21,867 nt of DNA from Arcobacter sp. (GCA_965662175.1 CBFIGT010000029.1:1-21867); one strand, 5' to 3'. Numbered from the stretch's first letter, positions 9,540 to 19,656 are shown. Notes: generated from the sequence alone by a model not told the origin. Translations and numbers: made by a program.

Positions 9540-10118
9540 CTAATCCAATAAATATTTTAAATTTTGATATTCAGTTTTTAATATCTCACTATTCTCTTCC
9601 AAAAACTCTTTTGTTTCAAAATTAAATGAAACTATAAAATATCCATATTTTTCATGAACAGGAACATTATTTAAATTTACTTTTTTCTCATAAAAACTAT
9701 CTAAATCGAACTCTTTACTACAAGCTATTAAATGAACACCCAAAGCATCACATAAAAAATCATCATCTAAGATATTTGATAAAACAAAAAGTAGCTCTTT
9801 AGCCCCTTTTAAATCACTATAACTCCACTTTTCAATAGCATGCTCATAAAAAGACCTAACATAAAAAAGTTCATCACCCTCTAATCCGATTTTCTTTCCA
9901 CTATTTACTATTTTTTCAATATTATCAAATGAAATTCTTAAAATATTTTCATATACACTATTTATTTTTTCTTGCTCTAAATCCAAAATAAGAAGTGAAT
10001 CTAAAACTTCATAAAGTGCAGAAATATTCTCTGTTTTTATAGCATCATCTTTTGTTTTTTCTAAATAAGTTAAAAAATCTGGATTAGTTCTAGCCTCGTG
10101 CAACTCTTCGTTAGTCAT
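9540..10118 (-). CDS. Hypothetical protein (acidic, helical)
   Basis: 192-aa ORF tightly packed between dapC (8-bp overlap) and murC (1-bp gap); no motif recognised. Confidence 0.75.
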   Translation of the reverse strand: MTNEELHEARTNPDFLTYLEKTKDDAIKTENISALYEVLDSLLILDLEQEKINSVYENILRISFDNIEKIVNSGKKIGLEGDELFYVRSFYEHAIEKWSYSDLKGAKELLFVLSNILDDDFLCDALGVHLIACSKEFDLDSFYEKKVNLNNVPVHEKYGYFIVSFNFETKEFLEENSEILKTEYQNLKYLLD

Positions 10119-11241
10119 TCATAAAGTCCTTCAATCTTTTTAATATCTCTTCTGTTTTTTGGGCATTTTCAACTAAAGCTATTCTTACATAACCTTTTCC
10201 AACCCCATCTCTTCCCAATAAGCTTCCAGGTAGAACTTTTATATGTTTTTGTCTATATAACTCTTTTGTAAACTCAAACTCATCTTCAACCTCTAACCAA
10301 ATATAAAAAGTGGCATTTGGAATTTTTATACCTAAAATATCACGTGCTAATTCAAAGTTCTTTTTATATGTATCTCTAAAAACTTGAACATGAGCATCAT
10401 CACTCCAAGCAACAGCCGCTGCTTTTTGTAAAGGTAAAGGAGAAGCACATCCAACATAAGTTCTATAAGTCATATAATCTCTTAAAATATCTTTATCACC
10501 TGCAACAAATCCACTTCTAAGACCTGGCGCACTACTTCTTTTTGAAACAGAGTGCATTACAAGTACATTTTTAAAACTATCATTTCCAACAGCTATTGAT
10601 GCTTCTAAAAGTGATGGTGGTTTAGTCTCTTCATCAAAATAGATATCAGCATAACACTCATCATTTATTAAAACAAAATCAAACTCTAAAGCTTTTTTAA
10701 CCCAAGTACCTAACTCTTCTATACTCATATTTGCAGAAGTTGGATTATTTGGATAGTTTAAAATTACTAAATCACACTCTTTAAGTGTTTCATCATCTAA
10801 ACTTGCTTTAAAATCATTCTCTTTTGTAAGTGGCATATGAATAATTTTTGCTCGACTTGCTATTGCAGCACCCTCATATATCTGATAAAAAGGGTTAGGA
10901 AAAGCAATAGTTGGATCTTTTTTATCAAAAAGTAAAAACTGAGGAAAGTTAAATAAAACCTCTCTAGTACCAAAACAAGGAATAATTTGACTCTCATCTA
11001 AACTCACATTAAATCTATTTTTCATAAATTTAAGCATAGAAGATGTTAAATAATCTTCACCTGCTGTTTTTGGATATTTTTTTAATAAATCTGAATTATC
11101 ACAAAGAGAATCCTGAATAAACTTCGGTGTTTCAAACTGAGGTTCACCAATAGTTAAAGCTGCTAATTCATACTCTTTATTTGGCTGTATATCTGCCAAT
11201 AAATCATTTAATTTCTCAAAAGGATATCTTTCAAATACCAT
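10111..11241 (-). CDS. dapC: PLP-dependent class I/II aminotransferase, succinyldiaminopimelate transaminase type
   Basis: YPFEKL, LTIGEP, GTREVLF, PNPFYQIYEGAA, PNNPT, DECY, SVSKRSSAPGLRSG (PLP lysine), YRTYVGC. Confidence 0.85.
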   Translation of the reverse strand: MVFERYPFEKLNDLLADIQPNKEYELAALTIGEPQFETPKFIQDSLCDNSDLLKKYPKTAGEDYLTSSMLKFMKNRFNVSLDESQIIPCFGTREVLFNFPQFLLFDKKDPTIAFPNPFYQIYEGAAIASRAKIIHMPLTKENDFKASLDDETLKECDLVILNYPNNPTSANMSIEELGTWVKKALEFDFVLINDECYADIYFDEETKPPSLLEASIAVGNDSFKNVLVMHSVSKRSSAPGLRSGFVAGDKDILRDYMTYRTYVGCASPLPLQKAAAVAWSDDAHVQVFRDTYKKNFELARDILGIKIPNATFYIWLEVEDEFEFTKELYRQKHIKVLPGSLLGRDGVGKGYVRIALVENAQKTEEILKRLKDFMND

Positions 11242-11255
11242 ATTTTTGCCTTTAT

Positions 11256-12680
11256 TTAGTTTTCTATAATTGGGATTAGTAATTGATTATTCTCTTTTAT
11301 ATCAAAAGATAAATAATCTGAATTTGTATAAAAAAATCTATGTAATGATCTTTTATTAAACATATCTTTTTTTAAAGGTAAGATTTGTAATACATTTTTT
11401 TGTTTTTTTAACTCTCTTACTGGATTTTTCTCTTTAGAGATAATCTCTACTTTTTGAGAAAATATTTTTGCTAAGTTTTCAAAGTGGTCTAAAATATATG
11501 ATTTATCATCTTCCCCTAAAGGATCCATATCAAAAACCTTTGTTTTTAATTTCATTTGACTAGAAATATCAAATACTATAGGAGAAATTTGCTCATATGA
11601 TTTTGTATCATTTAAAACAATAATATTCTCTTTTATGGATGTTACCTCACCATAACCTATTTTGAAAATAGGAATTCTCAAATTAACAAGTTTAGAGATT
11701 CCATTTTTATTTTCAAAAAGTTCATAAGATATCATGATTAAACCAATATCAAAACTTTTTAAATCTTTTTTTAATAATTTATCAAAACCCAAATTATGAT
11801 AATCTATTTCTAAAACTACATTATCAATATCTTTAAGTTCTTCATTAATATATTTCATAATACCTACATTTGTAGGTCTTGTAATTCGAATAATAAGTTT
11901 TTGATTTTTTATTACTTGGTTTAAATAAATTGCTTCTTGTAAATCTTTTTTTACAATCTCTTCTTTTTGTAAATATAAATCTAAATATAGATAAATATTG
12001 TGTCCAAAAGGCATTGGAAATTGACCTTGTGTTTTTCCAATTGCATTATAAACTTGCATTAAAACTTCAGGTTTTCCAATAATCAAAATAACATCATTTG
12101 GTTTTAAAATCAAAGATGGTTTTATTTTTATTAACTGTTGTTTTCGATAAAGCCCAAAGATTTTCCACTCTCGCTGCTCTATTGAACCTATATATCTATA
12201 GGCATAAGAGCTACCAAAAGGAATTCTTATTTCCATAATTTCACCCTGCTTTATCCCAATATTTTGGGCAACAACAGGAACATTAGGAAGTCTCTCAACC
12301 ATTCCATTTGCTAAAACATCAATACCTTTATAAATATTTACATATTGGTCAACAATATCAATTCCCCAATAATCCAAAATACTCATTTGCATTTTTGGTT
12401 TCTCTTCTTTAATATTTTTTATAACACTTAGCATTTCATCCTTAGAACTAAGTGCAATTAAAGCTTGGGCATGAACATCTTTGTCTAATACCATTGAAAG
12501 TTTTGACTTTGAAGTTGGGTCAAATTTAAAAAATGTGCAGTTTGAAGGCTTTTTTTCAGGAAGAATAGCATCATTCATGTAAACAACGTCATAGTAGTTT
12601 TCACCTGTGTTTGTTTCCACGATTCTTTGCATTAACTTCTTTGCAACAATACCATCTAATATTACTAATATCTTTTTCAT
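11256..12680 (-). CDS. TrkA-C (RCK_C) domain protein, COG3400-like
   Basis: GEIMEIRIPFGSSYAYRYIGSIEQREWKIFGLYR...LKPNDVILIIGKP is RCK_C-like, with an N-terminal Rossmann-like start. Confidence 0.75.
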   Translation of the reverse strand: MKKILVILDGIVAKKLMQRIVETNTGENYYDVVYMNDAILPEKKPSNCTFFKFDPTSKSKLSMVLDKDVHAQALIALSSKDEMLSVIKNIKEEKPKMQMSILDYWGIDIVDQYVNIYKGIDVLANGMVERLPNVPVVAQNIGIKQGEIMEIRIPFGSSYAYRYIGSIEQREWKIFGLYRKQQLIKIKPSLILKPNDVILIIGKPEVLMQVYNAIGKTQGQFPMPFGHNIYLYLDLYLQKEEIVKKDLQEAIYLNQVIKNQKLIIRITRPTNVGIMKYINEELKDIDNVVLEIDYHNLGFDKLLKKDLKSFDIGLIMISYELFENKNGISKLVNLRIPIFKIGYGEVTSIKENIIVLNDTKSYEQISPIVFDISSQMKLKTKVFDMDPLGEDDKSYILDHFENLAKIFSQKVEIISKEKNPVRELKKQKNVLQILPLKKDMFNKRSLHRFFYTNSDYLSFDIKENNQLLIPIIEN

Positions 12681-13594
12681 TCGGAGATTATATCTTTTTC
12701 TTTCTGATACTCTGTTTTAGCTCTTTTTTTTAGTTTTATTTCACTTATTAAAGTAGCCACTATAATTAAAACTGCACCTAAAATCTGTATGGAAGTAAAA
12801 ATCTCATTACCAACAAAACTACCATAAAACGAAGCACTCAAAGGCTCCATAGTAAATATAATTGCTGTTTTTGTAGGTGTTGTAAACTGTTGAAAATATG
12901 TTTGTATCAAAAAAGCATAAACAGTTGCAAAAACTGAGGTAATAACTACAGCTTTTAAAAATGTATTATCAAACTCTATGTTAAAAGTTACATCTTCCAT
13001 ATATAATGAAAAAAACAAAGAGAGAATAGTTACTGTTAAAAATTGAAAAGTAACTATTAAAAAAACATCCTCTTTTGAAGATAATTTACCTGTAATTACA
13101 ATATGTAAAGCAAACATAAAAGCACAAACTAAAGAGAGAAACTCTCCTGTTTTAAAGCCTAAACTTCCACTCATAGTTAAAAAATACAAACCAACTATTG
13201 CAACTATTGAAGCAATTAAAACATTTTTTCTAACCACATCTCTAAACAAGAGATAGGATAAAAAAGGTAAAAAAATAACATTAAATCCTGTGATAAAAGC
13301 TACAATTGAACTTTGAGTATGAGTTAAAGCAAAAGTTTGAGTAGCAAAACCACTAAAAAGAGCAAGTCCTAAAATAAATCCATAAATAATATTTTTTTTA
13401 TTTATCTTTTTTAATCTAGGCAAACAAATCAAAAACATTAAAACTGTTGCTATTAAGAACCTATAAAACAAAAAAGAGTAAACAGGTACATTTTTAACAG
13501 CATCTTGTACCATAAGAAAGGTCACACCCCAAGCAATAGCTACACTTAACAATAAAAAATCTGCTTTTAGCTCTTTTAAATTTATATTTTTCAA
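12677..13594 (-). CDS. DMT/EamA family transporter
   Basis: About 10 TM helices, WGVTF, YRF, AFITG, IFTMEP. TTG start with AAGGA SD. Confidence 0.9.
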   Translation of the reverse strand: MKNINLKELKADFLLLSVAIAWGVTFLMVQDAVKNVPVYSFLFYRFLIATVLMFLICLPRLKKINKKNIIYGFILGLALFSGFATQTFALTHTQSSIVAFITGFNVIFLPFLSYLLFRDVVRKNVLIASIVAIVGLYFLTMSGSLGFKTGEFLSLVCAFMFALHIVITGKLSSKEDVFLIVTFQFLTVTILSLFFSLYMEDVTFNIEFDNTFLKAVVITSVFATVYAFLIQTYFQQFTTPTKTAIIFTMEPLSASFYGSFVGNEIFTSIQILGAVLIIVATLISEIKLKKRAKTEYQKEKDIISE

Positions 13595-13775
13595 TATCTT
13601 CCTTAATAAATCCGAATAATATCAAAAAGTAAAATATTGGTCAAATGTCATTTTTATTTCATATTTTTATATTATTATGCTGGTTATAAAATATACAGTA
13701 TTTTTATTGTCAATAGCTTCTATTACACTAAAATACTATTTACAAATACACAATATAGCTATAAAGATTAAAATA

Positions 13776-14519
13776 ATGAATGATGATTTAATTATAAAAA
13801 TGAGTAAAATTGATAAATATTATGATGATTTCCATGTACTCAAAAATATTGATTTTAGTGTAAAAAAAGGTGAAATTGTAGTTGTTTGTGGACCATCTGG
13901 TTCTGGAAAATCTACACTTATAAGATGTATAAATGGACTAGAAGATATTGATAGCGGTACAATTTTAGTAGATAATATAGATATTCATTCAAGTAAAAAA
14001 AATCTAAAAAGTATTCGAAGTGAAGTTGGAATGGTATTTCAACACTTCAATCTATTTCCCCACTTAACTATCCTAGAAAATATAACCATCGCACAAAAAC
14101 TTGTAAAAAATAGCTCAAATAAAGAGGCAAAACAAATAGCCGAACAACTTTTAGAAAAAGTTAAACTATCTGACAAAAGCAACTCATATCCAGGTGATTT
14201 ATCAGGTGGACAAAAACAGCGTGTTGCAATTGCACGTTCACTTGCTATGAAACCAAAAATAATTCTTTTTGATGAACCAACCTCAGCACTTGACCCTGAA
14301 ACAATTGGTGATGTTTTAAATGTTATGAAAGATTTAGCAAAAGAGAACTACACCATTGTTTGTGTTACACATGAAATGGGTTTTGCAAAAGAGGTAGGAG
14401 ATAGAATTGTTTTTATGGATGCTGGAGTTATTGTGGAAGAGAATACACCAAAAAATTTCTTTGAAAATCCACAATCACCAAGAGCAAAAAAATTTCTAAA
14501 TGAGATTTTAGTACATTAA
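13776..14519 (+). CDS. Polar amino-acid ABC transporter ATP-binding protein (GlnQ-like)
   Basis: [47 protein letters not shown] 13776 gives the usual family length; the 13677 start adds 33 non-conserved residues. Confidence 0.93.
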   Translation: MNDDLIIKMSKIDKYYDDFHVLKNIDFSVKKGEIVVVCGPSGSGKSTLIRCINGLEDIDSGTILVDNIDIHSSKKNLKSIRSEVGMVFQHFNLFPHLTILENITIAQKLVKNSSNKEAKQIAEQLLEKVKLSDKSNSYPGDLSGGQKQRVAIARSLAMKPKIILFDEPTSALDPETIGDVLNVMKDLAKENYTIVCVTHEMGFAKEVGDRIVFMDAGVIVEENTPKNFFENPQSPRAKKFLNEILVH

Positions 14520-14546
14520 AAATTTTAATTTAAATAAGGAGTCAAA

Positions 14547-15362
14547 ATGAGAAAATTGTTTTTAGCATTTATTATGCTTTTATCAGTAAATGTTTTTGCT
14601 GGAGATATTGATTTATGGAAAAAATCTACACTTAATCAGATTTTAGAAAAAGGTGAATTAAGAGTTGGTATGGAGCCTGGTTATATGCCTTTTGAGATGA
14701 AAGATAAAAAAGGTAGAATCATAGGTTATGATGTTGATATGGCTAGAAAAATGGCAAAAGAGATGGGTGTTAAATTAACTCTTGTTCCAACAGCATGGGA
14801 TGGAATTATTGCAGGACTTGTAACTGATAAATATGATATTATCATGTCAGGTATGACTATTACTCAACAAAGAAATCTAAAAGTAAATTTTGCTGACCCA
14901 TATATAGTTGTGGGACAAACGATGATGATGAATAAAGCTCTTGAGGGTAAAGTAACAAGTGCTAAAGATTTGGATAAACCTGAATATACAATTGTTACAA
15001 AACTTGGAGTTACAGGTGAAATTGCTACTAGAAAATTCTTTAAAAAAGCAAAAATTATTACTTTTGAAACAGAAGCTGATGCTGCAGCTGAAGTTTTAAA
15101 TGGAAAAGCTGATGCTATGGTTTATGACCAACCTTATAATGTATTATTTATGAGTGATAAAGGTAAAGATAAACTAATTCACTTAGATACACCACTAACA
15201 TATGAGCCTCTTGGTTGGGCTATTAGAAAAGGTGACCCTGATTTTCTTAACTGGTTAAACAACTTCTTAAGACAAATGAAAGAGGATAAGGTTGTTAATT
15301 TTCATGAAGATCTTTATAACAAATGGTTAAAAGATACTAGTTGGCTTGAAAGAGTACAATAA
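14547..15362 (+). CDS. Polar amino-acid ABC transporter substrate-binding protein
   Basis: Signal peptide; LRVG..PGYMPFE, GYDVD, WDGII.GL...KYD, SGMTIT..R, F..PY. SD AAGGAG. Confidence 0.93.
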   Translation: MRKLFLAFIMLLSVNVFAGDIDLWKKSTLNQILEKGELRVGMEPGYMPFEMKDKKGRIIGYDVDMARKMAKEMGVKLTLVPTAWDGIIAGLVTDKYDIIMSGMTITQQRNLKVNFADPYIVVGQTMMMNKALEGKVTSAKDLDKPEYTIVTKLGVTGEIATRKFFKKAKIITFETEADAAAEVLNGKADAMVYDQPYNVLFMSDKGKDKLIHLDTPLTYEPLGWAIRKGDPDFLNWLNNFLRQMKEDKVVNFHEDLYNKWLKDTSWLERVQ

Positions 15363-16330
15363 TGTCATATAAAAAGAATCAATCTTTTTTAAAAAATAAA
15401 ACATTTGGGCATTTTATTGCCTTTATGTTTTATGTTATTTTAGCATTTGCATTTTATGTAACTGCCTCAAATATGAATTATGTATGGAAATGGAATTCAG
15501 TACCAAAATATTTTGCTTATACAGAAACAATAAATATTACAGCTCCTATAAATGGAGAACTAATAGTTGAAAATGGTAAATATTATGTAAATGGTGATGA
15601 AAAAAAATCACTTTCTATAGATAATACATATGAATTTGAATATAGCGTTGGTGAAAATGTTTATGAGGGTGATTATATTGCCTCTAAGGAAGTAACAAAA
15701 ATGGGTCCTATTTTAAATGGACTTTGGGTTACTATAAAAATCTCATTTTTTGCAGCTATTTTAACTCTTTTTATTGGAATAATTGTTGCTTTTATGAAGC
15801 TCTCCTCTTATCAGTTTTTAAAAGATATAGCCTCTGTTTATACAACTATTATAAGAGGAACACCCTTACTTGTTCAAATTTTTCTTTTTTATTTTATTGT
15901 TGCAAATATTTTTGAATTGGAGCGTATTGTTGCTGGTATCTTATCTTTAGGTATATTCTTTGGTGCATATATGGGAGAGATTTTAAGAGGAGCTATTCAA
16001 TCAATTGATAAAGGTCAACTAGAAGCTGCCTCATCTTTAGGAATATCTAAATTTCAAGCAATGAGATATATTATATTGCCACAAGCTTTTAAAAGAGCAT
16101 TACCTACTTTAGTTGGTGAAATAATTTCTTTAATCAAAGATTCATCACTAGTATCAGTTATCTCAATAACTGATTTGACAAAAGTTGGAAAAGAGATCGT
16201 TGCAAATACCTTTTCACCCTTTGAAACATGGATTGTTATTGCATTAGTATATTTAACCCTAACCTCTTCATTAACTTATTTAGGACATATTCTAGAAAAA
16301 AGAATGCAAAATAAAGGTGGAATAAACTAA
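15362..16330 (+). CDS. Polar amino-acid ABC transporter permease (HisM/GlnP type) with periplasmic insertion
   Basis: RGTPLLVQIF, AYMGEILRGAIQSIDKGQLEAA (EAA motif), IILPQA, KDSSL. Confidence 0.93.
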   Translation: MSYKKNQSFLKNKTFGHFIAFMFYVILAFAFYVTASNMNYVWKWNSVPKYFAYTETINITAPINGELIVENGKYYVNGDEKKSLSIDNTYEFEYSVGENVYEGDYIASKEVTKMGPILNGLWVTIKISFFAAILTLFIGIIVAFMKLSSYQFLKDIASVYTTIIRGTPLLVQIFLFYFIVANIFELERIVAGILSLGIFFGAYMGEILRGAIQSIDKGQLEAASSLGISKFQAMRYIILPQAFKRALPTLVGEIISLIKDSSLVSVISITDLTKVGKEIVANTFSPFETWIVIALVYLTLTSSLTYLGHILEKRMQNKGGIN

Positions 16331-16945
16331 TTGATTTTAGCAACACTTTTAAAAGGTTTCATTGTAACTATATCTTTAATAGTTGCAATTGGAGCCCAAA
16401 ATGCATATATTTTAAAACTAGGACTTTTAAAACAACATGTTTTAAAAGCTGTTTTAATATGTATATTTTTTGATGGACTACTTATAATTCTTGGTGTTTA
16501 TGGTTTAGGTTTTTTTATAAAAGATAATCAAATTTTGATAAATAGTATTGCTATTTTTGGAATTATATTTTTGGTTTCTTATGCTTTTATCTGTTTTAAA
16601 TCAGCGCTAAAAAACAACTCTTTAAGAATTGATAATGAAATAAAAACAAATCCAGTAAAAGAGGTTATTACCCTACTTTTGGTTTTTACTCTTTTAAATC
16701 CCCACACTTATTTGGACACAGTTTTACTAATTGGTGGAATTGGAGCTAATATAGATGATAGTTTAAAACTATATTTTGTTTTAGGTGCAATTAGTGCTTC
16801 ATCAACTTGGTTTATAACCCTTGGCTTTGGTTCTAGAGTATTAATACCACTATTTAAAAAACCTATTACTTGGAAAATATTAGATATCTCAATTGGTATT
16901 TTGATGCTTTTTATTGCATATTCACTAAAAGACTTAATTAACTAA
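16331..16945 (+). CDS. LysE/ArgO family amino-acid exporter
   Basis: LIVAIGAQNAY, TLLNPHTYLDT..LIG, WF..LG. TTG start abuts the permease stop codon. Confidence 0.9.
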   Translation: MILATLLKGFIVTISLIVAIGAQNAYILKLGLLKQHVLKAVLICIFFDGLLIILGVYGLGFFIKDNQILINSIAIFGIIFLVSYAFICFKSALKNNSLRIDNEIKTNPVKEVITLLLVFTLLNPHTYLDTVLLIGGIGANIDDSLKLYFVLGAISASSTWFITLGFGSRVLIPLFKKPITWKILDISIGILMLFIAYSLKDLIN

Positions 16946-16956
16946 TATCAAATAAA

Positions 16957-16965
16957 TGCTATAAT
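16957..16965 (+). promoter_or_regulatory. Extended -10 promoter of tgt
   Basis: TGCTATAAT 27 bp before the tgt ATG; SD AAGGA follows. Confidence 0.65.
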
Positions 16966-16992
16966 ATCAACTTTTTTAAAGGATAGAAATTA

Positions 16993-18117
16993 ATGCAATT
17001 TAAAATAGATGGTAAATCTTTTCATAAAACTAGAGCCTGTACAATCAAAACAGCTCATAGTGAAATCCAAACTCCTGTTTTTATGCCAGTTGGTACCCAA
17101 GGGACAGTAAAAGCTTTAGATGCAAATGATATGCTTACTCTTGGTGCTAAAATAATACTTGGAAATACATATCACTTATACTTACGACCTGGAAGTAAAT
17201 TGATTAAAGAGTTTGGAGGACTTCACGGTTTTTCAAAATTTCCAAACTCATTTTTAACTGATTCAGGTGGTTTTCAAGCCTTTTCTCTTAGTGATAACTC
17301 AAAACCTGATGAAAATGGAATTATGTTTAAATCACATATTGATGGAAGTAAGCACTACTTTACACCTCAAAGTGTACTTGATACCCAATATGAATTAGGT
17401 AGTGATATTATGATGATTTTAGATGATTTAGTAGCCTTACCAAATACACAAGAGAGAATTAAATTATCAATCGAAAGAACAACTGCTTGGGCAAAAGAAG
17501 CAATCACTTATCACAAAAGCCAACAAGAAAAGGGTATAGGAGTTGAGCAAAATATTTTTGCCATAATCCAAGGTGGTACGGATAAAAACTTTAGAAAACT
17601 AAGTGCTGAGCAACTTTGTGCATTGACTGATTATGATGGTTTTGCAATTGGTGGATTAAGTGTTGGTGAACCAAATGCTGATATGTATGAAACTGTAGAA
17701 TGGACTACAGATTTTATGCCTGAAGATAAACCAAGATATCTTATGGGTGTGGGAACACCTGAAGATTTGATTGAAAATATCGAGCGTGGTGTTGATATGT
17801 TTGATTGTGTAATGCCAACAAGAAATGCTAGAAATGGTGGAATTTTTACAAGTTATGGAAAAATCAATCTAAGAAATGCAAAATGGAAAAATGATGCCTC
17901 TCCTATAGATAAAAATTGTACTTGTTATACTTGCCAAAACTTTACAAAAGCATATTTATACCATCTTTTAAAAGCTGGTGAATTTACATATTATAGACTT
18001 TCTAGTATGCATAATCTTCACTACTATCTAACCCTTATGAGAGAAGCTAGAGAAGCAATTTTAGCTGATAATTGGTGTGAATTTAAAAAAGAGTTTTATG
18101 CTAAAAGAAGCAAATAA
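16993..18117 (+). CDS. tgt: tRNA-guanine(34) transglycosylase (queuine tRNA-ribosyltransferase)
   Basis: [48 protein letters not shown], Zn site CTCYTC...H. Confidence 0.97.
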   Translation: MQFKIDGKSFHKTRACTIKTAHSEIQTPVFMPVGTQGTVKALDANDMLTLGAKIILGNTYHLYLRPGSKLIKEFGGLHGFSKFPNSFLTDSGGFQAFSLSDNSKPDENGIMFKSHIDGSKHYFTPQSVLDTQYELGSDIMMILDDLVALPNTQERIKLSIERTTAWAKEAITYHKSQQEKGIGVEQNIFAIIQGGTDKNFRKLSAEQLCALTDYDGFAIGGLSVGEPNADMYETVEWTTDFMPEDKPRYLMGVGTPEDLIENIERGVDMFDCVMPTRNARNGGIFTSYGKINLRNAKWKNDASPIDKNCTCYTCQNFTKAYLYHLLKAGEFTYYRLSSMHNLHYYLTLMREAREAILADNWCEFKKEFYAKRSK

Positions 18118-18159
18118 ACTCTTTTTGGATAAAATAGAGAAATTTTAAAGGAATTACTT

Positions 18160-18450
18160 ATGACTATTGATGATAATACAATCGATAAATTAGCAAAACT
18201 TTCAAGTTTAGAGATTGATGAGAGTAAAAAAGAGTCACTTAAAGCAGAGCTTGGAGAGATTATTAACTTCGTTGAGAATTTAAATGAAATAGATGTTAGC
18301 CATATTGATGCTACATTTACAACAGTTGAAGGTGGTACGCCACTTAGAGAAGATATCTCAAATCAAGATTTAGAGATGTCAAAACATATTTTGGAAAATG
18401 CTCCAAAAAGTGAAGATGGATACTTTATAGTACCAAAAATTATAGAATAA
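18160..18450 (+). CDS. gatC: Asp/Glu-tRNA amidotransferase subunit C
   Basis: LAKLSSLE, IINFVENLNE.D, TPLRED, NAP....YF.VPKIIE. Confidence 0.95.
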   Translation: MTIDDNTIDKLAKLSSLEIDESKKESLKAELGEIINFVENLNEIDVSHIDATFTTVEGGTPLREDISNQDLEMSKHILENAPKSEDGYFIVPKIIE

Positions 18451-18461
18451 AAGGAAAATAG

Positions 18462-18803
18462 ATGCTTCGGGTTTATGGAATAAAAACCTGAGACTCTGTT
18501 AGAAAAGCCTTAAGGTTTTTTAAGGAAAACAATTTAGAAGTTGAGTTTTTTGATACAAAAAAAGAGACTCCAGCTTCATCTTCTATCAAGTCTTGGATTG
18601 AAAAAACAGATATAGATTTAGTATTTAACTCTCGTGGTACTAAATATAGAAGCTTAGGATTAAAAGAGCTTAACTTAGACGAAAATGGTAAATTTGAATG
18701 GCTTTGCAAAGAACCAATGCTTTTAAAAAGACCTGTTATAGAGTTTGATGATAAAGTTATAGTAGGATTCAAAGAAGAACAGTATAAAGAGACTTTTTTA
18801 TAG
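18462..18803 (+). CDS. ArsC/YffB (Spx-like, thioredoxin-fold) protein with in-frame TGA, probable selenoprotein, 113 aa
   Basis: SD AAGGA 18451-18455, ATG 18462. Reads MLRVYGIKT(TGA)DSVRKALRFFKENNLEVEFFD...VFNSRGTKYRSL...EPMLLKRPVIE...IVGF, ending at TAG 18801-18803. The TGA (18489-18491) aligns with the Cys of the YGIKNCDT family motif. Confidence 0.85.
18497..18531 (+). promoter_or_regulatory. Candidate bacterial SECIS element
   Basis: Perfect stem CCTTAA (18508-18513) / TTAAGG (18520-18525) with loop GGTTTT, 22 nt after the TGA. Possible lower stem TGTT/AACA. Confidence 0.65.
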
Positions 18804-18838
18804 TCTTTTTGTACTAGTAAAATCTAGCTACAAGACTA
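18786..18838. terminator. Overlapping hairpins between convergent genes, possible terminator
   Basis: AAAGAGACT..AGTCTTTTT (18786-18810) and an alternative imperfect hairpin TAGTC-TTGTA-CTAG..CTAG-TACAA-GACTA (18801-18838). Confidence 0.45.
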
Positions 18839-18868
18839 ATTTCATAAATTTTAGTTAAATCTCTATTA

Positions 18869-19240
18869 CTATTTTAAATCTTTTAAAATTTTTTCTAAAG
18901 TATTTCTAAGCTCTTCTATATTTTCACCTAAGATTCCAAATACAGTTTCTGCATTTAGATTAAAATAATTATGTGAGAGTATATCTCTTATCCCTGCAAT
19001 ATTTCTCCAAGGAATATTTGAATAATTTGTAAGTAATTCTTTATTTGTTAATTTATCAACATCTTTTATACCCTGACCAATAGCTATTAATTGCATACAT
19101 ATACTATCCAAAAGAATTAATGAATTTTCATTTAGTAAAAAATCATCTGCATTTTTTATATTTTTTGATCTTGATATTATCTTATTTACAGATAATAAAA
19201 TATCTTCTATTATATCTTGTGCTAATGATTTATTATACAT
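18869..19240 (-). CDS. HEPN/DUF86 ribonuclease toxin (HepT-like)
   Basis: IPW..IAG.RDILSHNY gives RX4HXY; 8-bp overlap with the upstream MNT gene. Confidence 0.9.
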   Translation of the reverse strand: MYNKSLAQDIIEDILLSVNKIISRSKNIKNADDFLLNENSLILLDSICMQLIAIGQGIKDVDKLTNKELLTNYSNIPWRNIAGIRDILSHNYFNLNAETVFGILGENIEELRNTLEKILKDLK

Positions 19241-19526
19241 ATATCACATCTTTATTTATTCTATTCAATAGTTTTGGATTTGTATGATTTGATAATGCTA
19301 TTACATCTACATCTACATTAAATTTTTCTTTTAAGTCTTCCATTATACCTGCTTGTACAAATAAATTTGGTTTGGAAAATTCTACAACTATATCAATATC
19401 ACTTTGATTATTATTATCACCTCTTGCAACACTACCAAATACACCTAATTTAATCAGGTTATAGTCTTTAGTATGCTCTTTTTTATATTGCGTTAAATAC
19501 TCAAGAACTATATCTTTTGATATCAT
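19233..19526 (-). CDS. Minimal nucleotidyltransferase antitoxin (MntA-like)
   Basis: GVFGSVARGD....SDIDI (GSX10DXD), VDV; SD AGGAG. Confidence 0.92.
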   Translation of the reverse strand: MISKDIVLEYLTQYKKEHTKDYNLIKLGVFGSVARGDNNNQSDIDIVVEFSKPNLFVQAGIMEDLKEKFNVDVDVIALSNHTNPKLLNRINKDVIYV

Positions 19527-19551
19527 TTCTAAACTCCTTATTACTTGAAAT

Positions 19552-19560
19552 ATTATACCA
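19552..19560 (-). promoter_or_regulatory. Extended -10 promoter of the MNT-HEPN operon
   Basis: TGGTATAAT on the minus strand, upstream of the SD at 19534-19538. Confidence 0.6.
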
Positions 19561-19656
19561 AAATATAATTTACTTATAAAACTTCAAAAAACTTACCACT
19601 TAATTTTTTTAGTTTTATTTTTTTAATATAAGTGAAAGATTTAGTAAATAAAATTT

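Noticed and set aside
13677..13775. 33-aa N-terminal extension of the ABC ATPase
   Set aside because: Not family-like; probably AT-rich promoter DNA that is open by chance.
15724..15915. 63-aa alternative-frame ORF
   Set aside because: Lies inside the permease; no SD or motif.
18160..18450. gatC without adjacent gatA/gatB
   Set aside because: Dispersed gat genes are usual in Campylobacterota.
18489..18491. Pseudogene or UGA=Trp genetic code explanation of the TGA
   Set aside because: The site aligns with Cys, other genes use TGG for Trp and TGA as stop (e.g. 4321-4323), and the frame shows no decay. A nonsense mutation is disfavoured but not excluded.
18473..18772. 99-aa minus-strand ORF in the track
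   Set aside because: It is the antisense shadow of the ArsC/YffB-family gene on the plus strand.
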